14,735 nt of DNA, from NCBI GenBank assembly GCA_042217695.1, contig JBDGSE010000011.1, positions 1 through 14,735 on the forward strand, read 5' to 3'. The notes under the pieces were generated by a model that saw nothing but the letters and a program-made list of their open reading frames with translations, searched no databases and had not been told where the DNA came from. Shown piece by piece: positions 1-9,286 of this stretch. Within the stretch, counting starts at the first letter, position 1; each line of letters opens with the position of its first letter. The translations under genes and the position numbers were made by a program. This stretch comes from Candidatus Nanohaloarchaea archaeon. Lineage in GTDB: Archaea; Nanohalarchaeota; Nanosalinia; Nanosalinales; Nanosalinaceae.

Positions 1-1247
1 TCTTCGGCATCTTCGTCATCCTCTTCCTCTCCGGAAGACCCGGAACCGGAGTCTTCGTCCTCTTCATCGTCCTGGTCTTCCCCTTCCTGGCTGTCGTTCG
101 ATTCTCCGGCTGATTCTTCCCGGGACTCTTCCTGTTCGCCGGCATCCCCGTCTTCTGATCCCTCACCAGAGTCTCCAGTATCTTCGCCGTCACCGAGGCT
201 TTCCTTCAGTTCCTCGATGTTGCCCTCGATGCCTTCCAGTTTCTCGGAGGCCTCTTCCTGTTCACCGGTCTCCTGTCCAAGTTCCGGCTCTTCTACTGTC
301 TCCTCCCCGGGCGAGGTTTCTGGTTCCTCCTCTTCTTCGACGCGGGATTCCAGGAAACTTTTCAGCGTCTTCCGGTCTTTCCCGGATTTCTCCTGTTCGA
401 GGAGCGCGGAGTGGTCCGGGTCCTCCATATCCCTGATTCTGGATTTTGCCTCTTTGACCGTGAGCTCGGAGAGTTCCAGCCCGGTATCGGGTTCCCCGGT
501 CTCCTGCATCTCGTCGCTGGTATCCCCGGTTTCCGCGGCGGTCTCTGGTTCCTCACGTTCTTTAACCCGCCCGCCGATAAACGGTATTTTCTCCTTTATG
601 CGGTCCATGACGCCGGTCTCCTCTTCCTCCTTCGCGGTCTCCACGTGTGATTCCAGTTTTTCCAGGGCCTTGACCTGTTTCGCGAGTTTCTGTCTTTCGT
701 GTTCGAAGTTGGTCTCCGGTTCGCGTTCCTCTATCTCCGAAAGCGTTTCCTCGACCTCTCCCAGGAGTTTGATGTCTTCTTCGTCGACGTCGTCGTTCTC
801 TATCCTGTCCTCGAGTTTTTCCTCGACGTCCTCCAGGCGTTCTATCTGTCTCTTTATCTGTTCCTCGGTGCGTTCCTGTTCGTCGAGGTGCTGTATCATG
901 CGTACGAGTTCTCTCTTCGTGTTGGTCACCTCGGAGGTCTTCTCCTCCATCTTTTCGGAGACCTCCTCGGATTTCTCATCTATCTTCTGCTTCAGCATGC
1001 TCTTTCTCTGTTCGGCCTCTCTCCGGTTCTCGTCCGTGTATCTCAACACTAGTCCGCTACTCAGGGTGTAGTCCTTCTCCACTAGGCCTTCGTCTTCCAG
1101 TGCGTCAGCCCACTTTCTGACACGTTCCGGTTTGACACCTATCTCCCGGGCGATGGAATCGACAGAGTCCTCCCTGTTCTCGGCGAGATAGTTCAGGAGC
1201 GTGTCCACCCCGGTTTCTATGACAAGGTCGTGCCATTCTTCGGGCAT
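1..1247 (-). CDS. Hypothetical protein with N-terminal winged-HTH-like segment and long acidic coiled-coil/low-complexity region (3' end outside window)
   Basis: Absent from the ORF track because it runs off the edge. ATG at 1247 reads MPEEWHDLVIETGVDTLLNYLAENREDSVDSIAREIGVKPERVRKWADALEDEGLV..., an HTH-like pattern, then E/K/D-rich heptads. The Ser-rich + strand ORF 217..1071 is its antisense shadow. Confidence 0.8.
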   Translation of the reverse strand, partial: MPEEWHDLVIETGVDTLLNYLAENREDSVDSIAREIGVKPERVRKWADALEDEGLVEKDYTLSSGLVLRYTDENRREAEQRKSMLKQKIDEKSEEVSEKMEEKTSEVTNTKRELVRMIQHLDEQERTEEQIKRQIERLEDVEEKLEDRIENDDVDEEDIKLLGEVEETLSEIEEREPETNFEHERQKLAKQVKALEKLESHVETAKEEEETGVMDRIKEKIPFIGGRVKEREEPETAAETGDTSDEMQETGEPDTGLELSELTVKEAKSRIRDMEDPDHSALLEQEKSGKDRKTLKSFLESRVEEEEEPETSPGEETVEEPELGQETGEQEEASEKLEGIEGNIEELKESLGDGEDTGDSGEGSEDGDAGEQEESREESAGESNDSQEGEDQDDEEDEDSGSGSSGEEEDDEDAE

Positions 1248-1290
1248 AAGAAACAGTATAGTTTTAATCTAGCTGGTTTAAAAGACTGTT

Positions 1291-2202
1291 ATGCTACTGG
1301 TTTTATCGCATCTGCTGGCGTTCTCGACACTTTTTGTGGCGTCTCTGTTTGACCTCGATACCACGGATGTACCCGACATTTTCGCCGTTACCGGGACGGC
1401 CGGAGGCATCCTTCTCCACGCTGTTTACTCTTACTCTTCCGGGGCGATGTCTCCATGGTTCTTCTACCATGCGGGTATCGACGCAGTCCAGGTCCTGCTC
1501 CCCTTCCTGCCTGCACCGGTTTTCCCTGCCTTCCTCGGCTCCGCAGGCGGACCTCTCACCTGGAGCCTTCTCGCTGGCGCCGTGTTCTCCCTCTACGGCT
1601 GGGGTGCCTATATGCAGGGTATGTGGGGTGGTGCGGACGCGTTCGCCATGACCACTCTCGGGTTCGCGGCCCCGTTCTTCGGCAACCCGGGTATACTGGA
1701 CCCGGTCAACCTGTTCGTGAACGTGATGCTGGTCGGACTGGGTTACACCCTGGTCTACGGCGTCTCGCAGGTATTCAGGAAGGATGCATGGGGCCTGGTC
1801 CGACAGGAGTTCGTCGAGAACCGTTCCAGACTGGTGCTGGAGACCGGGGGAGCTGTCGCGCTCTCGGCAGTCCTGTTTTACCAGGGTCTTTCGGTTCTGC
1901 CCTACTTTTTAATGCTGGAGGGTACAGTGCTGATGTACCACTTCTTCTCGGCGGTCCAGGAGAGGATCTTCACCCGGGAGGTCCCTGTAGAAGAGCTGGA
2001 AGGCGGCGAGGTACCGGCTCCAGGCCAGGGACTTGGGGACAGGATCGTCGGTCTCCGGCAGGAGGAGATAGATGAACTGGAGGCCGAGAGTGTGGAGGTA
2101 CGCCGCGGTGTCCCGTTCATGCCGGTTTTCCCAGCAGCCCTTCTGGTGACGATGCTGGGTTACGGCGGCGTACAGTTAATCCTTGTGCTCTTCCAGTTCT
2201 GA
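1291..2202 (+). CDS. A24-family prepilin/preflagellin peptidase (FlaK/PibD-like)
   Basis: Multi-TM protein with first catalytic Asp motif FDLDTTDVPD, GxGD-type motif WGGAD and C-terminal PFMPVF. TTTAAT box 28 nt upstream of the ATG. Confidence 0.88.
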   Translation: MLLVLSHLLAFSTLFVASLFDLDTTDVPDIFAVTGTAGGILLHAVYSYSSGAMSPWFFYHAGIDAVQVLLPFLPAPVFPAFLGSAGGPLTWSLLAGAVFSLYGWGAYMQGMWGGADAFAMTTLGFAAPFFGNPGILDPVNLFVNVMLVGLGYTLVYGVSQVFRKDAWGLVRQEFVENRSRLVLETGGAVALSAVLFYQGLSVLPYFLMLEGTVLMYHFFSAVQERIFTREVPVEELEGGEVPAPGQGLGDRIVGLRQEEIDELEAESVEVRRGVPFMPVFPAALLVTMLGYGGVQLILVLFQF

Positions 2203-2715
2203 CCTCAGTTTGCTGACGGCAGGATCCAGCCGGGAATCTCTTTCCGTGAACCAGAGGTACCAGATGAGGAGTACGAGAGCAGTCAGACCCCATTTCCAGA
2301 GGAAGCCGTGTATCACTTCAAACGGGATTATGCCCTGATGGGCCAGGTAGACGGTTGTGAAAACGCGCACGATGTTCGCCGCCTCTACAAGCAGGATGCC
2401 CGTGAAGAGGACTTCAAGGTTGTCACGGATACTGTCCGAGGCGTACATGAGCCCGGTGAAGGCGGCCATCGATTTCCATCCGAGGCAGTCCTGTGTTATG
2501 ATGTACCTGGTGGAGTCGACCAGTATCGATACTCCCTGGACGGAGTTCTCGATTCCCGCGACCGACAGCAAGGAACCGATCAAACGGGCAAAACCGGCCT
2601 GCAGCGGTGTAGTATCCGGGTATATCCAGAGTATAACGTGCAGGACCGCTCCCGCTGCCAGCAGACGGAGGAAGAATTTCAGTGTCTCGAAAAGTTTCTC
2701 CTGTGTCTCCGTCAG
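2176..2715 (-). CDS. Exosortase/archaeosortase-family membrane transpeptidase
   Basis: Catalytic-type motifs TQDCLGWKS (Cys), ANIVRV (Arg) and IHGFLW (His). The frame is open upstream of the track start at 2583 and adds a TM helix (LKFFLRLLAAGAVLHVILWIYP). Start inferred at CTG 2715, overlapping the DUF460 stop (CTGA). Confidence 0.8.
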   Translation of the reverse strand: MTETQEKLFETLKFFLRLLAAGAVLHVILWIYPDTTPLQAGFARLIGSLLSVAGIENSVQGVSILVDSTRYIITQDCLGWKSMAAFTGLMYASDSIRDNLEVLFTGILLVEAANIVRVFTTVYLAHQGIIPFEVIHGFLWKWGLTALVLLIWYLWFTERDSRLDPAVSKLRSELEEHKD

Positions 2716-3707
2716 CGAGATTTCCTGTATTCTTCTATAACCTTCTGAAAGCTTTTCTCCGGGAATTCTTCCACCACCATGTAGTCGCCGAGTTCCACGC
2801 CTTCAAGTTCCTCCACGTGTTTGACGTTGAATCCCTGCTCCACGAGCCTCTCCTGCAGCTGGGGGGACCGCGTAACCGCTTTGTCGGGCACCTCTTCGTC
2901 CCGCGTATCCAGTACGGGCACCAGTTCACCGCCCTCCTCGAGTCTTTCAAGCGCTTTCCTGTACTGCCGGTTCCGTATCTCGGCCTTCTCCAGTTCCTCC
3001 TCCAGCTCGTTTATCTCTGCGTTCTTGTCCTTGATAATGCCTTCTCTCTTTCTTATCTCACGGTCCCGGATCACCTCGTCCTTCTTGCCCTCCCTCAGTT
3101 CTGCAAGTTTTTCCCGTAGCTTCTCGTTCTCTTTTTCCCGCTCACCGAGTTCGGAGTTCAGGCGGGAAACCTTGTCCTCCAGCCTCTCTATCCGGCGTTC
3201 CATACGCTTCTTTTCCCGGTCGGGTTCACCCGGCTCGGGATTCTCCTCTTCCTCCGCCTCTTCCTGTTCTTCAGATTCTCTAAGCGGCCTGTCGGAGAAG
3301 TAGCGGTGGGCAGCCTCGGCCCTGGTCGTCCCCAGTTCTGCGGCCTGGTCTTCTATCTTTCTTATCTCGCGCTGGAGATTGTTGTAGGCGTTGAAGGCGG
3401 AGGCGGATGCATCTCTCTCGTGGGAGTTATCCCCTTCTCCAAGCTCTCTCTTCCTCTCGACCTCCAGGTCCTCACCGGGATTGAAACGTTCCGCGCCCAG
3501 CGAGGAAGCTATCTTCTCGACCTTGGAGGGCATCTTTTCCTTGTCCGAGGTCACTACGACAGGTTTTCCGTGTTCGATTATCTTTTCGATTATCTCGTCG
3601 GGTGCCAGATGTCTCCCGCTTTCAAGGAGCTCCAGTTCGCCGTCGAGGTTGACTGCCGCTACTGCCGAGGTGCTGCCCGGGTCCACACCGACGATAAGCG
3701 CTTCCAG
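2712..3707 (-). CDS. DUF460-family protein (RNase H-like N-terminal domain plus coiled coil)
   Basis: N-terminus (L/M)EALIVGVDPGSTSAVAAVNLDG, plus GKPVVVTSD and NSHERDA motifs, followed by a long coiled coil. The track start (GTG 3686) cuts the IVGVDPG strand, so the start is placed at CTG 3707. Confidence 0.8.
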   Translation of the reverse strand: MEALIVGVDPGSTSAVAAVNLDGELELLESGRHLAPDEIIEKIIEHGKPVVVTSDKEKMPSKVEKIASSLGAERFNPGEDLEVERKRELGEGDNSHERDASASAFNAYNNLQREIRKIEDQAAELGTTRAEAAHRYFSDRPLRESEEQEEAEEEENPEPGEPDREKKRMERRIERLEDKVSRLNSELGEREKENEKLREKLAELREGKKDEVIRDREIRKREGIIKDKNAEINELEEELEKAEIRNRQYRKALERLEEGGELVPVLDTRDEEVPDKAVTRSPQLQERLVEQGFNVKHVEELEGVELGDYMVVEEFPEKSFQKVIEEYRKSR

Positions 3708-3709
3708 GG

Positions 3710-5857
3710 TTATCCCTCGCTGGAGGTTATGAGTTCGCGGATTTTCGAGGCCTTCTTCTCGCCTATCATCTCCACGTCCATTAATTCTGTCTCTGAAGCC
3801 GTAAATATCTTCTCGATGCTGCCGAACTCTTCCAGCAGGTTCTCGGCTATCTTGGTGTTCACGCCCGGGAGTCCAGCCACGACGAACTTTTTCAGTTCCT
3901 CCTCTGTTTTAGGCGACTTCTCGCCCCTTATCGCCACTTCACGGTCGTTCTCCTCCTGTTCCCGTTTCGCCAGCGCTTTAAGAGTCTCCGCGGTATCCTT
4001 CTCGTTCTCCGTCCATAGCACAGGCATCTCCAGGTCAAGGGCTATCGAGGCGAGGGCGCCCCTTATAGCGTTGGGATGCACGTCCCTGTGCGAGTAGAGG
4101 TCGTTCCCCTCTATCATGAGCACCGGCCGGTCGAACTGCTGGAGTTCCTGCAGCTGTGAGAAAAGACGGGAGTCCAGGATCGAGTCGACGAAGTCCTCCG
4201 CCGCCTTCCTTTCGACCGCGGTTCTCTCGGAAACTAAAAAGTCGGCGACATCCAGCCTCTTCTTCCGGACCTCGACATCCATCCTCGACAGTTCCTTGGC
4301 GACTGAGTTTTCGCGGTCGTCCGCTATTATCACCAGACCGGTGTCCTCCGAAGAAAAACCGTCGAGGGTCTTCTGTCCCTCATCGTTTTCACGTGTCTCG
4401 TCCTTCAACTCGTTCAACACCCTGTTCATGTTCTTCTTTTTGTGGTGGGCGCTCCAGTAGTAGCCCTCGTCTCTAGTGTTTTCGGCTATAAGCACATAAA
4501 CCTTGCCTGATTCCTGTCTTCCTGTTCGACCCGCGCGCTGTATATCCCTTATCCCGGAGGGCACGGGTTCGTAGAACACCACGTAGTCGACCGCGGGTAT
4601 GTCCAGGCCTTCCTCGCCTATAGAGGTCGAGACTATAACATCGTATTTACCCTCCTCGAACGCATCGAGCACCTCTATCTGCTGTGTCTGGGACATACCT
4701 TCGTCGCCCTGCTGGCCGATGAACTTGACAGCGCTGTGGCCTGAAAGGTTCAGTTCCTCCGCTATCTTTTCGGCGGAGGCCCGGTACTCCGTGAAAACTA
4801 TCGCCTTTTCACCGTCCTCCATCTCGCCGAGTATCTCGACCAGTTTCTCGAGTTTGGGGTGTTCCTCACCCTTTTTCCTCAGGTACTCCACAAGCTGGCG
4901 GGCCTTCTGCATGTCTTCATCGTTTAACGCCCGGGAGGCGGCCTTGGACTCGTCCCTCTCCAGTCCACGTAGGTAGTCATAGCACTGGGAGACGCCCTGT
5001 GTCTCAAGAAGCTCGATTGCCTGGGAGATTTTTAAAGCGGTCGCGACGTGGGAGATAGCGGAGTAAAGCTTGGGGTCGTCGGCCTGCGACAGCCTGGAGC
5101 TTATCTCTCCCCTCATCTTCAGCAGGTCTGTCTTCTGCACACCGGATACAGAGTCTATCTGGCCCAGCGACTTCAGTTCCTTCAGCTGTGTTCTCTTGGC
5201 GGACTCCATCTTCTCCTTCGCGGTCTCGAACCTGTTGTTCAGGGAGACATAGGTCCAGTCTATCTCCTTCTCCTGCATGTAGGGCTCCACGTCCGGGTCG
5301 TCCTCTGTCCGGACCTCAAAGTTGTCGATGCCCAGGTTGTCGGCGACCTCCATGATCTTCTCCTTGTCGCCGCCGGGAGATGCCGTTAAGGCCATGCGTT
5401 GACAGCCCATCTTCTCGCTTATGAAGACGTAGCTGTACTCTCCCGTGGCCCTGTGCGCCTCGTCGAATATCACAAGCGAGAACTCTCCACGGGGGACCTC
5501 GTTCGCGATCAAATCGTTTTCCACCACCTGGGGGGTGGCGAAGAAAACATCCTTCTCCCGCCAGAGTTTATAGCGGTCATCGGGCCTTATCTCCCCGGTC
5601 ATAACTTTCATCCGTTCTTCCCCGACCTCGAGTAAATCCAGGAACGTCTTTCTGTGCTGTTCAACGAGGGGTTTCGTCGGCGCCAGGAACATCACTTTCC
5701 CCTCCGGTATCTTCCTGGAGGCCACCATCGCGGCGATTACCGTCTTCCCCAGTCCTGTGGGCAACACCACAAGCGTGTTCGAGTCCATCGAGTTGGCAGC
5801 GATGACCTCCTGGTAGACCCGGGACTCGAGTTCATCGGTTTTGAGAACGCTCTCCAT
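3710..5857 (-). CDS. hef: Hef/FANCM-like DEAH helicase fused to ERCC4/XPF nuclease and HhH domain
   Basis: LPTGLGKT, APTKPLVEQH, DEAHRA, TASPG, STSIGEEGLDIP and QRAGRTGR helicase motifs; ERKAAED ERCC4 motif; C-terminal LPGV..K / MIGEKKA HhH. Confidence 0.95.
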   Translation of the reverse strand: MESVLKTDELESRVYQEVIAANSMDSNTLVVLPTGLGKTVIAAMVASRKIPEGKVMFLAPTKPLVEQHRKTFLDLLEVGEERMKVMTGEIRPDDRYKLWREKDVFFATPQVVENDLIANEVPRGEFSLVIFDEAHRATGEYSYVFISEKMGCQRMALTASPGGDKEKIMEVADNLGIDNFEVRTEDDPDVEPYMQEKEIDWTYVSLNNRFETAKEKMESAKRTQLKELKSLGQIDSVSGVQKTDLLKMRGEISSRLSQADDPKLYSAISHVATALKISQAIELLETQGVSQCYDYLRGLERDESKAASRALNDEDMQKARQLVEYLRKKGEEHPKLEKLVEILGEMEDGEKAIVFTEYRASAEKIAEELNLSGHSAVKFIGQQGDEGMSQTQQIEVLDAFEEGKYDVIVSTSIGEEGLDIPAVDYVVFYEPVPSGIRDIQRAGRTGRQESGKVYVLIAENTRDEGYYWSAHHKKKNMNRVLNELKDETRENDEGQKTLDGFSSEDTGLVIIADDRENSVAKELSRMDVEVRKKRLDVADFLVSERTAVERKAAEDFVDSILDSRLFSQLQELQQFDRPVLMIEGNDLYSHRDVHPNAIRGALASIALDLEMPVLWTENEKDTAETLKALAKREQEENDREVAIRGEKSPKTEEELKKFVVAGLPGVNTKIAENLLEEFGSIEKIFTASETELMDVEMIGEKKASKIRELITSSEG

Positions 5858-5896
5858 ACACGAAAAATTGGGGCTGAAAACTATAAACCTTCGACT

Positions 5897-6415
5897 TCAC
5901 TGGAAGCCGATCTGTGGCTCGTCCCGGGCAGTCTCGAAGCTCTGTATCACACGGAAAACGATGTTCACTCCGAAGAAGAATATCGCCGCCGCCTTCAGGG
6001 TGGTGCCCGTTATGGGGATCCCGGTCCTCACTATGACCACGGTCAGGTAGGCCAGGGTGTAGACTGCCCCTGCCGAGGAAACCACGAAGGCCACGCTCTC
6101 CGGCCATCTATGGTTGAAATCCATGTATCCGACAAACGCTCCCACGCCTACAAGAAAGTACGCCGCCTTCCGCTCCATCGGGCCGAGCGCCGAGTTCATG
6201 AGGAGTGTTATCCCCGTGGACATCCAGATAATCGCATTACCCACGGAGGTGTTCCATCCCAGACTCTCGTGCTTGTACCTCCCGAAGTAGAGCTCTATCA
6301 CTATCCCTCCAATTATGACCGGTAGAAGGGAGGGCAAAAGTTCCGGATGTCTCACCGGGGCGTAGACGAACCGCTCCAGAAGGTACGGCACACTGGATCC
6401 TCCTGTTATGCTCAC
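5897..6415 (-). CDS. Hypothetical integral membrane protein (about 5 TM)
   Basis: 172 aa hydrophobic ORF with a GTG start 4 nt after the ATPase stop, so probably co-transcribed. Confidence 0.75.
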   Translation of the reverse strand: MSITGGSSVPYLLERFVYAPVRHPELLPSLLPVIIGGIVIELYFGRYKHESLGWNTSVGNAIIWMSTGITLLMNSALGPMERKAAYFLVGVGAFVGYMDFNHRWPESVAFVVSSAGAVYTLAYLTVVIVRTGIPITGTTLKAAAIFFFGVNIVFRVIQSFETARDEPQIGFQ

Positions 6416-6419
6416 GTTA

Positions 6420-7667
6420 TCAGTCCTCGAACGCGTCCGGTGTTCCGCCGGCGTGCCACGACTTCCTCGGCCTCATCTGCACAGGGTACACCCGTTCCGA
6501 GTTGTCGTCCAGTATCAGACCGGTGCCGGCACGGTCAGGCAGCGAGTCGATGTAGTGCTCCAGGTCATACCGCATGTAGGTCTGCATTATCTCGCCCAGC
6601 GCGTCGATATCCTGTTTCGCGGTCAACCGGTGGGAAAGAAGTACGTCGCACTGGGAGAGCGCGTTAGGGTGGAGCTTCGCGGGCTGTTGCGTCGCCAGTG
6701 CCAGCGAGACTCCTGGTTCACGGCCGATCTTCACCCATTCAAGCAGCGGGTCGGATGCCGGCGTCTCACCCTTGTTCGGCAGGAATTCGTGGGCCTCGTC
6801 TATAAGCATCCATACTATAGGCATCTCGTTCTCCTCCAGGCCCTGCATCTCGTTTAGTTCCTCCATACGGCGGGCCTCCATTCTTTGACGCAGGATACGT
6901 TTCGCGAGTATCCCCACGATGAGGCCGCGGACCAGTTCATCGTACATGGAGACATCCACCACCGATAACTCGCCGCGGGTGGTGAACTGGTCGAGTGATG
7001 ATTCGTCGCCGAATATACCCCACTCCTTGGCGTTCATGAACCGGTTTTCCAGGCCCTTCACCGTTTCCTCTTCAAAGTCGAACTTCTCCAGGCCCTCCAT
7101 TATCATGTCCACATCATAGTCTGTGCCGAACTTTTCTTTCAGCGTCGATATAACACGTTCAAGCAGTATGCCGCGTTTCGAGTTCAGTTCGATGTCGAAC
7201 GCCATCGCCCAGTCTCGCGCCACGAGTTCGCCCGGGTTGATGGTGAAGGTGTCGTCGTAGGGCATCTCCTTCTTCTCGAACTCCTGGACCTCTCCCTGCG
7301 GTATGTACACCTGGGCGTCGAACGCCTCCGGTTTCATGTCCCATTCCTCCAGCATTCCCGCCGCCCTTTCGTTCGGACGTGTCATCGACCAGTATATCCC
7401 CATCGAGTCTATCATTATCGTGGACAGGTTCTGTGAAACATCCGCGTTCTGGAGTTCCTCCGCTATAGTCCCCATCGAGTACGATTTACCGGTTCCTCTC
7501 TTGCCGAAAATCCCCATGACGTGGGGGCGCGCCAGATCGAAGTATATCGGGTTGGCCTTGTGTGCCTCCTCGTTCTCTCCCACGAGATGTTTGCCTATCA
7601 CGCCGGTCCCCTTCAGACCGTGTTCTTCGCGGTCCTCCTTGTCCCGTCCGACAGAGATCTTCGGCAT
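6420..7667 (-). CDS. HerA/FtsK-superfamily ATPase (DUF87/DUF853-like)
   Basis: Walker A GKRGTGKS, IIDS-type strand (MIDSMGIY), Walker B LIDEAH, arginine finger/sensor GREPGVSLALATQQP. TTTATA box 30 nt upstream. Confidence 0.88.
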   Translation of the reverse strand: MPKISVGRDKEDREEHGLKGTGVIGKHLVGENEEAHKANPIYFDLARPHVMGIFGKRGTGKSYSMGTIAEELQNADVSQNLSTIMIDSMGIYWSMTRPNERAAGMLEEWDMKPEAFDAQVYIPQGEVQEFEKKEMPYDDTFTINPGELVARDWAMAFDIELNSKRGILLERVISTLKEKFGTDYDVDMIMEGLEKFDFEEETVKGLENRFMNAKEWGIFGDESSLDQFTTRGELSVVDVSMYDELVRGLIVGILAKRILRQRMEARRMEELNEMQGLEENEMPIVWMLIDEAHEFLPNKGETPASDPLLEWVKIGREPGVSLALATQQPAKLHPNALSQCDVLLSHRLTAKQDIDALGEIMQTYMRYDLEHYIDSLPDRAGTGLILDDNSERVYPVQMRPRKSWHAGGTPDAFED

Positions 7668-7701
7668 GTGAACGTTTTCCCTACAGCGGAATATAAAATC
7701 T

Positions 7702-8313
7702 TCATGCGAAGGACAGCACGACCGCGATTATCGACGTCCCCATCGTCAGCAGCCAGATGAAACCGCTCCAGCGGAGGATGTAGGCGCCATCAAGGTCTCC
7801 CGAGGGTATAAGCGAGTAGTCGAGCGGCATCGCCTGGAAGAACGCGAACAGTGCGAACGCCTGCGCCACACCCATCAACGAGTAGCTGTAGAACACCGCC
7901 CAGCCGATTAGAAGGGAAACAACCGCGGCGAGATGGAACCAGAACTGCCTCTTCATCCACACCGAGTCGGTGGATTTGCCCCACTGCTCGTATTTTTTGC
8001 TGGACATGTTCGAGTAGACCGGGAACAGTAACAGTACCGGCCAGCCGGTTAAAACCGCGAGAATCGCGCCGAAAAGCGTTGTAATAGCGCCCTGTCTTGA
8101 GACGCTGAGGTCTGAGTAGGACTCCATCCACTGCGCTATAAGCCTCATACCGGCCTCCCTTACAAGAAGTACAAGTGCTCCAAGCCCCAGGTAGTATATC
8201 GCGGCGTTTACCGTGTATTCATGGTAGAACGATGCGAAGGCCGCTCCCAGCACTACAGAAGCTATGACGAAGTTCTTGACGTCCTGCATGTCGGCGTGGA
8301 AGGCGGTCGCCAT
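7702..8313 (-). CDS. M50/S2P-like membrane protein with degenerate active-site motifs
   Basis: Multi-TM. LLVREAGM sits where HExxH is expected. FFQAMP...GDLDGAYILRWS resembles the FNLxP..LDG motif. Confidence 0.6.
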   Translation of the reverse strand: MATAFHADMQDVKNFVIASVVLGAAFASFYHEYTVNAAIYYLGLGALVLLVREAGMRLIAQWMESYSDLSVSRQGAITTLFGAILAVLTGWPVLLLFPVYSNMSSKKYEQWGKSTDSVWMKRQFWFHLAAVVSLLIGWAVFYSYSLMGVAQAFALFAFFQAMPLDYSLIPSGDLDGAYILRWSGFIWLLTMGTSIIAVVLSFA

Positions 8314-8354
8314 CGTTTAACTTTTCGCGGCGCTGATTAAAAAACCGTTTTTAT

Positions 8355-8834
8355 CTAGAGCTGCATCGCGGTGGCGAGCTGTTCAACCGAGTAGTGCTCC
8401 GAGTCACGGAAAATCTCCGGGTACTGCTTTATCTCGTCCAGGTGCAGCCCTGTCTCCCCGGCTTCGTAGGCCTCAAGTATGGCGTCCCAGGGCACCATGT
8501 ATGCCTTTCTTGAACGGCCTCTCCCACGTTTCAGTTCGACGGCGAGGAAGCCTTTCCGGCCAGAACGCCGGAGGAAGTCCGTGATCCTCTCCACCTGGTG
8601 GCCGTTGTCCGATACGGAAAAATGCTGGGAGAAGTAGAGCTTGTTGGTCGACGAGGTCTTAACCGACTTGTTCTCGATGGCCAGGTAGAACATCTCGTGT
8701 TCCGAGTCCACCAGCACGTCGCACAGCTGGGATGAGAAACGGTGCTGTTTCTTTCTGTGGGCGATACCGTTTATCCCCTCCTCCTCGAAGAAGTTGTTGA
8801 ATGCGTTGACTAGCTCGCGTTCGAAGTCGGTCAT
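8355..8834 (-). CDS. PD-(D/E)XK nuclease, Holliday junction resolvase-like (Hjc/RecU-like)
   Basis: N-terminal FERELV, CDVLVD and AIENKS motifs. TTTATT box 28 nt upstream. Confidence 0.72.
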   Translation of the reverse strand: MTDFERELVNAFNNFFEEEGINGIAHRKKQHRFSSQLCDVLVDSEHEMFYLAIENKSVKTSSTNKLYFSQHFSVSDNGHQVERITDFLRRSGRKGFLAVELKRGRGRSRKAYMVPWDAILEAYEAGETGLHLDEIKQYPEIFRDSEHYSVEQLATAMQL

Positions 8835-8867
8835 GTATCCTTTTTCTCACCGCTGGAATAAAACTGT

Positions 8868-9254
8868 TCATCCGGGGGGCTGGTTCAATCCCTGCAGAGA
8901 CTCCCTTACCTCTGTCATCATCAGCTGCGTGCTCACGCTGACGTTCAACGCCAGCATTATGTATGAAAGCGCCAGGAACACCACTATCGCGGCGGCGTAA
9001 ACTCTCCAGGAAAGCTCCAGCTGGCTGTCCAGCCATTCCCGTGTCCTCGGTATCGACAGGAGAATCCCTGCGGCAGGCGGCAGCAGCGAAAACAGCAGGA
9101 CGGACAGGTAACCGATACCGGTGGATACGCTCGTGATGGTCATCCACGCCACCTTCACTCCCTGCGCACCGAGTATAAGGAATATCGCGGTCGACAGGGC
9201 AGAGAAAAGTCCAGAGGCCATGACTTCCTTCTCAGGGAGCCTTTCCGTGTCCAT
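8868..9254 (-). CDS. Hypothetical membrane protein (about 3 TM)
   Basis: 128 aa hydrophobic ORF filling the gap between neighbours. TTTAAG box 28 nt upstream of the ATG. Confidence 0.72.
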   Translation of the reverse strand: MDTERLPEKEVMASGLFSALSTAIFLILGAQGVKVAWMTITSVSTGIGYLSVLLFSLLPPAAGILLSIPRTREWLDSQLELSWRVYAAAIVVFLALSYIMLALNVSVSTQLMMTEVRESLQGLNQPPG

Positions 9255-9286
9255 GGGATAGTTTAGAGAGCCCGGACTTAAATATG

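Noticed and set aside
217..1071. 284 aa Ser-rich + strand ORF, and similar Ser/Phe-rich ORFs at 2821, 3391, 4116, 4599 and 7303
   Set aside because: These are antisense shadows of Glu/Lys-rich minus-strand genes (GAA/GAG read as TTC/CTC/TCx) and carry no motifs of their own.
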